This document shows, piece by piece, positions 37,875 to 50,864 of a stretch of 64,000 nucleotides of DNA. The stretch is from Mobula hypostoma. Taxonomy: Eukaryota. The stretch is from the NCBI RefSeq assembly GCF_963921235.1, contig NC_086108.1:116934001-116998000 (forward strand), read 5' to 3'. Position 1 is the first letter of the stretch, and every line of letters begins with the position of its first letter. The translations under genes were made by a program, and so were the position numbers. Below the pieces are notes generated by a model. That model made no database searches, was not told the DNA's origin, and saw nothing but the letters and a program-made list of their open reading frames with translations.

Positions 37875-40160
37875 CAGAGTCACACTGTGGGAAGGCAGGT
37901 ACAAATGAAGAGTCACACCCTGGGAGGAGTGTTCTGAAGGGGGTGGGATCACTCTGTGGGAGGGTGGTACTGAGGGAGGGTCACTCTGTGGGAGGGGTGG
38001 TACTGAGGGAGGGTCACACTGTGGGGGGGGGCGGTACTGAGGGAGGGTCACACTGTGGGAGGGGTGGTACTGAGGGAGGGTCACACTGTGGGAGGGTGGT
38101 ACTGAGGGAGGGTCACACTGTGGGAGGGGTGGTACTGAGGGAGGGTCACTCTGTGGAAGGGGTGGTACAGAGGGAGGGTCACTCTGGGAGGGGTGGTACT
38201 AAAAGAGTCACACTGTGGGAGGGGCAGTACTGAGAGTCACACTGTGGGGGGGCGGTACTGAGGGAGGGTCACACTGTGGGAGGGTGGTACTGAGGGAGAG
38301 TCACACTGTGGGGGGGGGCCGTACTGAGGGAGAGTCACTGTGGGAGGGTGGTACTGAGGGAGGATCACACTGTGGAAGGGGTGGTACTGAGGGAGGGTCA
38401 CTCTGTGTGAGGGGGTGGTACTGAGGGAGGGTCACACTGTGGGGTGGCGGTACTGAGGGAGGGTCACACTGTGGGGGGTGGTACTGAGGGAGAGTCACAC
38501 TGTGGGGGGCGTTACTGAGGGAGGGTCACACTGTGGGAGGGTGGTACTGAGGACGTCACACTGTGGGAGGGATGGTACTGAGGGAGGGTCACACTGTGGG
38601 AGGGGTGGTACTGAGGACGTCACACTGTGGGAGGGATGGTACTGAGGGAGGGTCACACTGTGGGAGGGGTGGTACTGAGGGAGGGTCACTCTGTGTGAGG
38701 GGGTGGTACTGAGGGAGGGTCACACTGTGGGAGGGTGGTACTGAGGGAGGGTCACACTGTGGGAGGGTGGTACTGAGGGAGAGTCACACTGTGGGGGAGG
38801 ACCGTACTGAGGGAGAGTCACTGTGGGAGGGTGGTACTGAGGGAGGATCACACTGTGGGAGGGGTGGTACTGAGGGAGGGTCACACTGTGGGAGGGGTGG
38901 TACTGAGGGAGGGTCACTCTGTGTGAGGGGGTGGTACTGAGGGAGGGTCACACTGTGGGGTGGCGGTACTGAGGGAGGGTCACACTGTGGGGGGTGGTAC
39001 TGAGGGAGAGTCACACTGTGGGGGGCGGTACTGAGGGAGGGTCACACTGTGGGAGGTTGGTACTGAGGACGTCACACTGTGGGAGGGATGGTACTGAGGG
39101 AGGGTCACACTGTGGGAGGGGTGGTACTGAGGACGTCACACTGTGGGAGGGATGGTACTGAGGGAGGGTCACACTGTGGGAGGGGCGGTACTGAGGGAGG
39201 GTCACACTGTGGGAGGGGCGGTACTGAGGGGGGTCACTCTGTGGGAGGGGCGATACTGAGGGAGGGTCACACTGTGGGAGGGGCGATACTGAGGGAGGGT
39301 CACTCTGTGTGAGGGGTGGTACTGAGGGAGGGTCACTCTGTGTGAGGGGTGGTACTGAGGGAGAGTCACACTGTGGGGGGGCGGTACTGAGGGAGGGTCA
39401 CACTGTGGGAGGGTGGTACTGAGGGCGTCACACTGTGGGAGGGTGGTACTGAGGGCGTCACACTGTGGGAGGGATGGTACTGAGGGAGGGTCACACTGTG
39501 GGAGGGGCGGTACTGAGGGAGGGTCACACTGTGGGAGGGGTGGTACTGAGGGAGGGTCACACTGTGGGAGGGGTGGTACTGAGGAGGGTCACACTGTGGG
39601 AGGGGCGGTACTGAGTGAGGGTCACACTGTGGGAGGGGTGGTACTGAGTGAGGGTCACACTGTGGGGGGTACGGTACTGAGGGAGGGTCACACTGTGGGA
39701 GGGGTGGTACTGAGGGAGGGTCACACTGTGGGAGGGGTGGTACAGAGGGAGGGTCACTCTGTGGAGGGGTGTTACTGAGTGAGGTTCGCACTGTGGGATG
39801 GGTGGTACTGAGGGAGAGTCACACTGTGGGAGGGGTAGTACTGAGAGGGTCACACTGTGGGAGGGGTGGTACTGAGGGAGAGTCACACTGTGGGAGGGGT
39901 GGTACTGAGGGAGGGTCACACTGTGGGAGGGGTGTTACTGAGTGAGGGTCACACTGTGGGAGGGGCGGTACTGAGGAAGGGTCACACTGTGGGAGGGGCG
40001 GTACTGAGGGAGGGTCACACTGTGGGAGGGGTGTTACTGAGTGAGGGTCACACTGTGGGAGGGGCGGTACTGAGGAAGGGTCACACTGTGGGAGGGGTGG
40101 TGCTGAGGAAGGGTCACACTGTGGGAGGGGTGGTGCTGAGTGGGGTCACGCTGTGGGAGA
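37875..40160. repeat. G-rich minisatellite, ~33-bp unit, roughly 65-70 copies
   Basis: Unit GGTACTGAGGGAGGGTCACACTGTGGGAGGGGT. Confidence 0.96.
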
Positions 40161-41314
40161 TGCTGCACTAAGGGAGAGTGTGGAGGTAGTTTGTAGATCT
40201 GAAGTTAATGTGTATACACTGTTGAGGTTTGGACCAATCTCCTGTTGATGTGACTGCAGTTTTCCTGGTGTCTGGTGACAAATATTCATCTCCAAACAAA
40301 GTTAACTTAACTGAATGACTGAAGGTGCTGTTGATGGGGTCTTGCTATGCAGGGTTTCCCTCTGAGATTCCAGCTGGATTTGTGATCTTTCTGCTGGATG
40401 GAGGTGCTTTGGGACTGAGTTTTCTGCAGGTTTGGCTCTGCCCTCCTGTGATGGAAAGGCATTAACAGTCCTGAATCGCCGGAGTGCCGTGGGCACCCAG
40501 GGAGACAGGCTGCCCTTGTATTGAGGAGTCTGCCACTGACAGCCAATGTTGACATTCCTTAACTGTATCAGTGGACGGCGAACCAGAAGCAGACTTTAAA
40601 TCCAGGGAGCGTCAGAGACTGAAATGAGATCTGCCGAGACAGACGGTTCTTGCCAGAGACAAATGCTCCCAACTCGGCATTTTAATAAGTTCCAACATCT
40701 GGTTTGTGTGAAGCTGACTCGGTAACATATGTCAAAGAATTCTTTTTCTTTCTCTCTCACTTGGCTGCGTGTTGAGTGACTCTCAGGGGAAACCTGCAGG
40801 AGTAAGCGTACCAGTAGCTACGGCTACACACGAGCTCCTTCACTTTCCACCCTTCCAAACACTAGCTGCGCCTCAGTTCAGCCGAGCTCACACAACCTCA
40901 CAACTACTTTTTCTCAAAATAAAATCAAACCATCTCTCTGTGCTCTGCGACTTCTGTTATGGAGAAGACGTTTGTTTGCACAAATGCACCTTGGAGCTGA
41001 GTCAGACCTCCCGGGCTCCTGAAACTCTTTGCACAACTTATTTAATTTAATTTTTTGATCTATCCTTCTAAATGTCATTCATAGTTTTGTTACTGTTATT
41101 ATGTTCTCCAATATACTGCTGTCACAAAACAGCAAATTTTATGACATATTAAACCTGATTCTGATTCTAATCTGCCCCTGCCTGAGAGCAAGTTAATGCC
41201 ATTCTCTATGTTGTGTACTGTGTGCCAAGTTCACCCGTTTACCCCAGCGCTGAGCGACGGGGGCTGCAGACGGGCTCTCTGCTGTGAAGTGGAGCAATTG
41301 CAAACGTAACTCAC

Positions 41315-41377
41315 CCGTGGACCAGGATCACCTTGAGGGCCGGGTGGACCCATCAGACCGGGGGAGCCTGGGAGACC
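41315..41377 (-). CDS. COL11A1/COL11A2: Type XI-like collagen, 63-bp exon (GLPGSPGLMGPPGPQGDPGPR)
   Basis: cag|GGTCTC...CCACGG|gtgagt. Seven Gly-X-Y triplets. Size and order fit the exon that follows the 42-bp exon. Confidence 0.93.
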
Positions 41378-44344
41378 CTGTGGAAAGGGAACAGAAGCAG
41401 ATGGAATGCACGTCTGTGAAAACCATTCAGTAAAACCCGCCTGATCACGGCACAGGCAAAGGAGAGTGGTGCCGGGACAGAGCAAGAGCTGCTCCAGACA
41501 GCAGCCTGTGAACAGGCCATTCATCCTCTGCACTCCCCAGTTCCTCCGGCACATTCCCTCTCCCATCTCTATCCTACAACCTCCCACCCAGACATCGCTC
41601 CGAACCCAGCCCAGAGTCACACAGCACCGAAACAAGCCCTTCTGTCTGCCATCTCCTGCTGTCCTTCATAAGTAACTATGCTAAACCAATTTACTCGGTC
41701 CATACCCTTCTCTGACTTAGTGATTCAGATGTTCATCCATATACCTGTTCAACATTGCAAGGGGCTCTGCCCCACCACCCCTTCAGGCAGTGAGCTCCAG
41801 ATTCTAACCTCACTCTGTAGGATAAACCTCCCTCACATCCTCACTACTTCCCCTACCCCTCACCCTAAACCCAGGGCCTCTGCTACAGGAAATTACTTCC
41901 CACAATCTGCCCCATGTCCGTCCCTTGTAACTTTGTACAGCTCAGTAAGTACTTGGCCTCCTCCACGCTGAGGAATTGGATCGAGCCCCTCTACACTCCT
42001 CTGGAAAGGAGGGCCACATTCTTATTGGTGAGGACTGGGGGCAAGGGAGAGGGGGAGGTGGGAAAAGTAATGTGCGGGGTGGAAAATAATGGTGCAGACA
42101 CAATCACCAAACCTTTCCTGTGGGTCAGACCGACAGTCCAACTTCCCCGTGGTGGGGGAGACTAAAACCAGAGGACACAGGTTTAAGGTGACAGGGGATA
42201 GATTGAGGGACAACTTTTTCACACAGAGGCTGGTGGGTATGAGGAGATGGTAGAGGTGGAGACAAAAATAGTGTTTAATTACCTTTAGAAAGGTATGTGA
42301 ATAGGAACTGTTCAGATTTAGGCAAACAGAACTGACTGAAGTGGAAAACTTATTCAGCATAGATGAGTTGGGCCGAAGGGTCTGTTTGCAAGCGGAGTAA
42401 CTCTATGATTCGATGTCATTTCACAAATTACTGCCGTTCCCCACTCATTTACCCTGCAGCCGCCTCTCCTCTCACAGTCAGTGAGTAGACAGGATGGTGG
42501 GGGGGCGCAGGAACAGAGGGTAGTCTATGTGATAGTGGTGGTGAAAGGTCCTGTGAACACATCACTACGATGTCTGGGGAGGTTATTCCAGAGGGAACAT
42601 AGGTGGATCAGCAGACATTTAGACCAATTGCAAAAAGGTGTGAGAGCCTGAGGATGATAGAGAGGGACTTTAACTTCCCCAGCACAGAACTTGGACCGGA
42701 GGGAGATTTGTTAAATCCTTTCAGAGACAATGTGTAGGGGATCCTGCAAGAGACAGGCCAGTGCTCAACCTTAGCTTCGGAAATGAAACTGGACAGATGG
42801 TGGAAGTGTCACTTGTGGAACATGGTCATGATCCCGTCAGCTTCAAGGTGCGCACTGAAAGGGAAAGAGTGCCAGAGTAAAGTCTTAGACTGGACGAGGG
42901 CCGATTTCTACAGTGTAAGGCAGCACCTGTGATTGGGGACCTTTTAAACAGAGTTAAGAGAGAAGGAACACACACAAAATGCTGGAGGAACGCAGCACAT
43001 GGAAGTACGATGCTGTGGCCATTACAGAGACTTGGCTGAGAGAGGGACAGGACTAGCTGTTCGATGTTTTGAAAGTTAGATAGTTCAGATGGATGTAAAA
43101 GAGATGGGGAGATGCACTCCTAATCAGAGGAAACTTGGAGAGAACACAAAGGCCTCATCCACTGAAGTAATCAGGATAGAACTCAGGGATAAGAAAGGTC
43201 TGGTTATACTAAATACCTCCCGACAGGCAGTCGGAGATTGAGGAACAGATATGTAGACAGATTTATGCAAAGCTGTAAAACCATTAGGGCTACCATAGTG
43301 GGTGACTTCAACTTTGCCAATATTGACTGAAGCTCCCAAGTGCAAGAGAGCTAAACGGCAGAATTTGTTAGGTGAATCCAGGAGGGTTTGTGGACCTCGA
43401 GGAGGTTTCCTTTCTATTGGGAAATAAACTTCATCAGATCAGGGTTTCAGTGAGAGAATGTTTTACAGTGAACTCAATGCCTTAGCTTTATGACAGTTAC
43501 AAATAAGGATAACATTGGACCTCAACAGGAAGCGTTACATTGGGGGAAGGCAAGTTGCAATACTATTAGACAGGTGCCGAGGAGAGAAGACCGAGAGCAG
43601 GTGCCGGGGAGAGAAGACCGTGCAGGTGATAACAGACAAGTCCACATCAGACATGTAGGAGTTATTTAAAGACCAGCTGATCAGAATAAGGAAGATCAGG
43701 ATGGCAAGATTCTGGAGCATTGGCTAAAGAGCAATGAGAGATATTATAAAGTTAAGCAAAAGGAGGAAGGAAAAAGACATCTAGGAAGCCGAAATCAAAT
43801 AGGGTCTAGAAGGAAAACAGAGAATAGGAGAGCACTATAGGAGAGAATAGCTGTATAAGATGATGAGATGCATTGATCATGTGGATAGTCAGAGGCTTTT
43901 TCCCAGGGCTGAAATGGTTGTCACAAGAGGACACAGGTTTAAGGTGCTGGGGAGTAGCAATAGAGGAGATTTCAGGAGTAAGTTTTTTACACGGAGAGTG
44001 GTGAGCGTGTGGAATGGGCTGCTGGCAACAGTGGTGGAGGCAGATACGATAGGGTCTTTTAAGAGACTTTTGGATGGGTACATGGAGTTTAGAAAAACAG
44101 AGGGCTATGGATAACCCTAGTAATTTATAAGGTAGGGACATGTTCGGCACAACTTTGTGGGCCGAAGGGCCTGTATTGAGCTGTAGGTTTTCTATGTTTC
44201 TATGTTTCTAGAACTGAAACTGGGAATCAGGGATGGGGGGGGGGTGGGATTGACAAGGGTTTATGAAATGCCCTGGGCAAGTAAAATTAAGGAAAATCCC
44301 AAGTACTGTATTTAATATCAAGAAGGTGACTAGGTGATAGGATA

Positions 44345-47300
44345 CACATCGAAAGGATAGGGAAGAGGGCAGAGGGAGTAGCATGGCTCTGTTGGTAAAA
44401 AAATGAAATCAAATCATTAGAATGAGATGACCTCGGGTCGGAAGGTGTTGAATCATTGTGAACGGAGCTAAGTAACTGCAAGTATAAAAAGACCCTGATG
44501 GGGGTTATATACAGACGCCCAAACAGTAGTAATGATGTGGTCTACAAATTACATCAGAAGAACGAAACAGCATGCCAAAAGGACAATGTTACAATAGTCA
44601 TAGAGGATTTCAATATGCAAGTAGATTGGGAAAATCAGGTTGCTGCTGGAATCCAGGAGGGGAAGTTTCTAGAATGCCTATGAGATGGGGTTTTAGAGCA
44701 GCTCGTGGTTGAACACACTAGAGGATTTGCTATTCTGAATTGACTGTTGTGCAATGAACCGGAATTAATTAGAGAGCTTAAGGTAAAAGAATCCTTAGGG
44801 GAAAGTGATCATAATATGAGCAGATTCACCCTGAAATTTGAGAAGAAGAAGCTAAAATCAGATATATAATTATTACAGTGGAATAATGGAACTGCAGAGG
44901 CATGAGACCAAAATAGATTGGAAAAGAACACCGGCAGGGGTGACAACAGAACAGCAATGACTGAAATTTCTGGAAGCAATATGGAAGGCACAGGATATAT
45001 GCAACCCAAAAAAGGAAGAGGTATCCTAAAGGCAAGATGACACAACCATGGCTAACAAAATAAGTCAAAGCAAACATAAAAGCCAAAGAGAGGACACATA
45101 ATAGAGCAAAAATTAGTGGGAAGTTAAAGCATTGGGGAGTTTTTAAAAACCAACAGAAAAGTTTTCTAAATCAATATTATAGAGGTACCAACTAGAGAGG
45201 ATGCAATATTAGATCTCCTATTAGGAAACAAGTTAGGACAGGTGACGGAAGTGTGTGTAGGGGAACACTTTGGTTCCAGTGATCACAACACCATTAGTTT
45301 CAACTTGATCATGGATAAAGATAGATCTGGTCCTTGGGTTGAGGTTCTAAACTGGAAAAAGGCCAAATTTGAAGAAATGAGAAAGGATCTAAAAGGTGTG
45401 GATTGGGACAGGTTGTTCTCTGGCAAGACTGTGACTGGTAAGTGGGAGGCCTTCAAAGGAGAAATTTTGAGAGTGCAAGATTTGTATGTTCCTGTCAGGA
45501 TTAAAGGCAAAGTGAATAAGAATAAGGAACCTTGGTTCTCAAGGGATATTGGAACTCTGATAAAGAAGAAGAGGGAGTTGTATGACATGTATAGGAAACA
45601 GGGAGTAAATAAGGTGCTTGAGGAGTATAAAAAGTGCAAAAACATGGATAAGAAAGAGATCAGGAGGGCTAAAAGAAGACATGAGGCTGCTTTGGCAGCC
45701 AAGGTGAAGGATAATCCAAAGAGTTTCTACAGGTATATTAAGAGCAAAAGGATAGTAAGGGATAAAATTCGTCCTCTTGAAGATCAGAGTGGTCAGCTAT
45801 ATATGGAACCAAAAGAAATAGGAGCGATCTTAAATGGTTTTTTTGCGTCTGTATTTGCTAAGGAAACTGGCATGGAGTCAATGGAAATAAGGCAAACAAG
45901 TGGTGAGGTCATGGAACCTATACTGATTGGGGAGGAGGAGGTTCTTGCTATCTTGAGGCAAATCAGAGCAGATAAATCCCCAGGACCTGACAGGGTATTC
46001 CCTCGGACCTTGAAGGAGACTAGCATTGAAATTACAGGGGCCCTGGCAGATATATTTAAAATGTTGGTATCTACGGGTGAAGTGCCGGAGGATTGGAGGA
46101 TAGCTCATGTTGTGCCGTTGTTTTAAAAAGGATCTAAAAGTAATCCAGGAAATTATAGGCTGGTAAATTTGACATCAGTAGTAGGTAAATTATTGGAAGG
46201 AGTACTAAGGGAGAGGATCTACAAGTATTTGGATACACAGGGACTTATTCGGGAGAGTCAACATGGCTTTGTGCGTGTTCGGTCATGTTTAATAAATCTA
46301 TTAGAGTTTTTCAAGGAGGTTACCAGGAAAATGGATGAAGGGAAGGCAATGGATGTTGTCTACATGGACTTCAGTAAGGCTTTTGGCAAGGTCCTGCATG
46401 GGAGGTTAGTTAGGAAGATTCAGTTGCTAGGTATACATGGAGAGGTGGTAAATTGGATTAGACATTGGCTCAATGGAACAAGCCAGAGAGTGGTAGTAGA
46501 GAATTGTTTCTCTGAGTGGAAGCCTGTGACTAGTGGTGTGCCACAGGGATCAGTGCTGGGTCCATTGTTATTTGTCATCTATATCAATGATCTGGATGAT
46601 AATGTGGTAAATTGGATCAGCAAATTTGCTGATGATACAAAGATTGGAGGTGTAGTGGACAGTAAGGAAGGTTTTCAGAGCTTGCAGAGGGATTTGGACC
46701 AGCTGGAAAAATGGGCTGAAAAATGGCAGATGGAGTTTAATACAGACAAGTGTGAGGTATTGCACTTTGGAAGGACAAACCAAGGTGGAACATACAGGGT
46801 TAATGGTAAGGCACTGAGGAGTGCAGTAGAACAGAGGGATCTGGGAATACAGATACAGAATTCCCTAAAAGTGGTGTCACAGGTAGATAGGGTCATAAAG
46901 AGAGCTTTTGATACATTGGCCTTTGTAAATCAAGGTATTGAGTATAAGAGTTGGAATATTATGGTGAGGTTGTATAAGGCATTGGTGAGTATTGTGTGCA
47001 GTTTTGGTCACCAAATTACAGGAAGGATATTAATAAGGTTGAAAGAGTGCAGAGAAGGTTTACGAGGATGTTGCTGGGACTTGAGAAAGTGAGTTACAGA
47101 GAAAGGTTGAATAGGTTAGGACTTTATTCCCTGGAGCGTAGAAGAATGAGGGGAGATTTGATAGAGGTATATAAAATTGTGGTGGGTATAGATAGAGTGA
47201 ATGCAAGCAGGCTTTTTCCACTGAGGCAAGGGGAGAAAAAAACCAGAGGACATGGGTTAAGGGTGAAGGGGGAAAAGTTTAAAGGGAACATTGGGGGGGG

Positions 47301-49420
47301 CTTCTTCACACAGAGAGTGGTGGAAGTGTGGAATGAGCTGCCAGATGAAGTGGTAGATGTGGGCACACTTTTAACATTTAAGAAAAACTTGGACAGGTAC
47401 ATGGATGAGAAGGTGTATGGAAGGATATGGTCCAGGTGCAGGTCAGTGGGACTACGCAGAAAAATGGTTCGGCACAGCCAAGAAGGGCCAAAAGGCCTGT
47501 TTCTGTGCTGTAATGTTCTATGGTTCTAACAGAAGGCAATTGAGAAAATAATTAAGAAGATAAAGATGGAATATGAAAGTAAGCTAGCCAATGATATTAA
47601 AGAGGATGCCAAAAGTTTCTTCAGATACAAAGTTTAAAAGACAGGTGAGAGTGGATATTGGACCACTGAAAAACAATGCTAGAGAGGTAGAAATGGGGAA
47701 CAAGGAAATGGCAGTATTTTGCATTAGTCTTCACTATGGAAAGATATTAGCAGTATGGTAGACGTTCCAGAGTGCCAGAGTTCAGAAGTGTGTGAAGTTG
47801 CCATTACTAAGGAAAAAGTTCTTGGGAAACTGAAAGGTCTGAAGGCAGATAAATCACCTGGACCAGATGGTCTACACTCTAGGGTTCTGAAAGAGGTGTC
47901 TGAAGAGATGTTGGGGGCATTAATAATAATCTTTCAAGAGTCGCTAGATTCTGAAATGGTTCCAGAAGACTCCCAATGTCACACCACGCTCCAAGGAGGG
48001 AAAGAGGCAGAAGAAAGGAAATCATAAGCCAGTTAGTCTGACCTCCGTGGTTGGGAAGAAGTTAGAGTCAATTAAGGATGTGATTTTGAGGTACTTGGAG
48101 GCACATGATAAAAATAGTCAGTATGGTTTCCTCAAGGGAAAATCTTGCCTGACAAATCTGTTGGAATTCTTTGAAGAAATAATAAGCAGGATAGACAAAG
48201 AAGAATCAGTTGATGTTGTGTACTTGGATTTTCAGATGCCTTTAACAAAGTGTCACACGAGGCCGCTTAGCAAGAGTCTGTGGTATTACAGGAAGGATAC
48301 TAGCGTAGATAAAGCAGTGAATGGTTGGCAAGAGGCAAAGAGTGGGAATAAAAGGAGACTTTTCTGGTTGGCTGCCGATGACTTGTGGTGTTCCTCAGGG
48401 ATTTGTGTTGGGTCCACTTCTTGTTACTTTATATGTTAATGACTTGGATGATGGAATTGATTGTTTTTGTTACCAAGTTTGCAGATGATATGAAGAAAGA
48501 TGGAGAGGCAAGTAGTTTTGGGGAAGTAGAGAGGCTACAGAAGGACTTAGACAGATTAAGAGAATGGGTAAAGAAACGGCAGATGGAATAGAGTGTTGGG
48601 AAGAGTCTAGTCATGCACTTTGGTAGAAGAAATAAAATGTTTGACTATTTTCTAAATGGAGAGAAAATTCGAAGACCTGAGGTGCAAAGGGACTGGGAGT
48701 CCTTGTGCAAGATTCCCTAAAGGTTAATTTGCAGGTTGAGTCTACAGTGAGGAAGGCAAATAAGATGTTAACATTCATTTAATGAGGACTAGAATATAAA
48801 AGCAAGGATGTAATGTAAAGACTTTATAAAGCACCTGTGCAGCCTCACTCAGATTATTGTGATCAGTTTTGATCCTCTTATCTTAGAAAGGATTGCTGAA
48901 ACTGGAGAGGGTTCAAAGTTTGTTCACAAACATGATTCCAGGATTGAATAGCTTGTTATATGAGGAGTGTTTGATGGCTCTGGGCCTGTATTCACTAAAT
49001 TCTGAGACTGTGTCCTCTGGTCCATAGACTCTCCCACCAGAGGAAACATCCTCTCCACATGACCTAATAGAAACCTATCAGATGGTGAAAGCTCTTGATA
49101 GAGTGGATGTGGAGAAGATGTTTCCTCTGGTGGGAGAGTCTACGACCAGAGGGCACAGCCTCAGAATAAAGGGGCGACCTTTTAGAATGGAGATGTGGAG
49201 GAATTTCTTTAGCCAGTGAGTGGTGAATCTGTGGAATTCATTGCCACAGGCAGCTGTGAAAGCTAGGTCTCTATGAATATTTAAGGCAGAGGTTTGAAGG
49301 GATATGGGGAGAAGACAGCAGATTGGGGCTGAGAGAGAAATTGGATCAGCCATGATGAAATGGTGGAGGAGACACAATGGACTAAATGGCCGAATTCTTC
49401 TCCTATAGCTTATGGTCTTA
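44345..49420 (+). mobile_element. Degraded CR1 ORF2 hosting a younger CR1 (45159-47527)
   Basis: EN motifs at 44498..44683, RT motifs at 47755-48600 (KSPGPDG, SCLTNLLEFF, FADD), tail near 49410. Confidence 0.82.
45159..47527 (+). mobile_element. Best-preserved CR1 ORF2 in the window (5'-truncated; at least one stop and one frameshift)
   Basis: ORFs 45242..46126, 46169..47092 and 46996..47529 carry [37 protein letters not shown] and TRGH. Flanked by aacagaa at 45152-58 and 47528-34. Confidence 0.93.
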
Positions 49421-50448
49421 AGGGAAGAGTAGGTCCACTCTAGGAGAAAGGAGAGAATTTATGTCTGGAGCCAGATATATTAAATGCACATTCATCAACT
49501 TGAAGAATATGGAGGAGAATGAGATCAGGGAGGGGGTACTAATATTCCAGTATGTATTGATATCAAGGAGAAGGAGATGATGCGACTCCAGAAGAACATT
49601 GTGGTGGACAAATCCCCTGGGGGTGATGAGATCTATTAGGCAAACTTGGGTTGCTTTCTTTGGAGTGTCAGAGTTTGAAAGGAGATCTGATCAAGGTTTA
49701 TGAAATTGTGATAGGGATAGATAGAATCTTTGTCCCAGAATGGAAATATCAAATACTAGAGAGTACAGGTTTAAGGTGAGAGGGAGAAAGGTCAAAGCAG
49801 ATGTGTGGGGCAAGTGTTTTTTAAACAGAGAGTGGAGGGTGCTTGCAAAGTGCTGTCTGTGAATAATTGTGGTGATTAAGAGGGATTTAGACAATATGGA
49901 TATACAGGAGATGGATGAACCATGTGCAGGCAGATGAGATCTGCTGAATTTGGCATCAGGGTCAACATATACACGAAGGGCTGAAGGGCCTGTTCCTGTT
50001 CTGTAATGTTCCCTGTTCTAAATCTCCAGGGCCAGATAAGAAATATCCAAGCTTATTGTGGGAAGCAGGGAGGAGGTTGCTGGGACCTAATGGATATTCT
50101 TGCATCGTTGTTAGCCACAGGGCAGTGCCAGGGAGAATGGCTCATGAAGAATGGCAGCTGTGGTTATCCAGGTAGGCTGGGCTGGAGGAGAAAATCTTGA
50201 GGGATAGGAATCATGACCCTTTGGAAAGGCAGAGGCGGTGGTGGAGTGAGATACAATCACTGTGTTTAGGAGATATGTAAACAGACCGTTGAATGGGCAA
50301 GGATATGGTCCTAATGTGGATGGACAAAAAATTAGTCAGCAAGGTCATGATAGGTCAAAGGGCCTGTTTTTGTGCTGTATGACATTATGACCTCTCAACC
50401 CTTGCACTCCCCTTAACACATGTACGTCTTTCCTTAGGTAGATCTACA

Positions 50449-50782
50449 CAGTGGCACAGCGAGTTGAGCCACTGCCTCACGCCATGGGATCAATAACAAC
50501 CTCTGGCGTTGTCTACGTAGAGTTTGCAAGTTCTCTCTGTGACCATGTAGGTCTCTCCCAGATGCTCCGTTTCCCTCCCACATCCCAAAGAGGTGCGGGT
50601 CAGTGGGTTAATTGGCCACTGTAAATTGTCCCCAGTGTGAGTGTGAGGGTTGGAATCTGGGGGGAGTTGATGGGAATGTGGAGACAATGAAATGGAATCA
50701 GCGTAGGATTGGGGTCAATGAATGACTGATGGTTGGCACAGACTAGAGGGGCTGAATTGTCTGTGCTGTGTCTCTCCATGAT
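50449..50782 (+). mobile_element. tRNA-derived V-SINE (HE1-like)
   Basis: agtggcacagcg A-box-like start, V-domain gtagagtttgcaagttctc...atgctccgtttccctcccacatcccaaag, CR1-like 3' end. Confidence 0.75.
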
Positions 50783-50864
50783 TATGAAAGTTCCCCAAGA
50801 CCCCAACATCCTGATTGGGAAATATATTCTTGTTTCATTCCCATCATTGGATATAAGCCATGGA

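Noticed and set aside
36588..40171. Repetitive ORFs (PQCDPPSVPP, REGHTVGG and similar)
   Set aside because: Minisatellite translations on both strands, with unit-length variation that shifts the frame.
45242..47529. Functional reverse transcriptase gene
   Set aside because: 5'-truncated CR1 ORF2 with an in-frame stop at 46124-26 and a frameshift near 46985.
50449..50520. tRNA gene
   Set aside because: Only a degenerate tRNA-like SINE head followed by a V-domain, with no cloverleaf.
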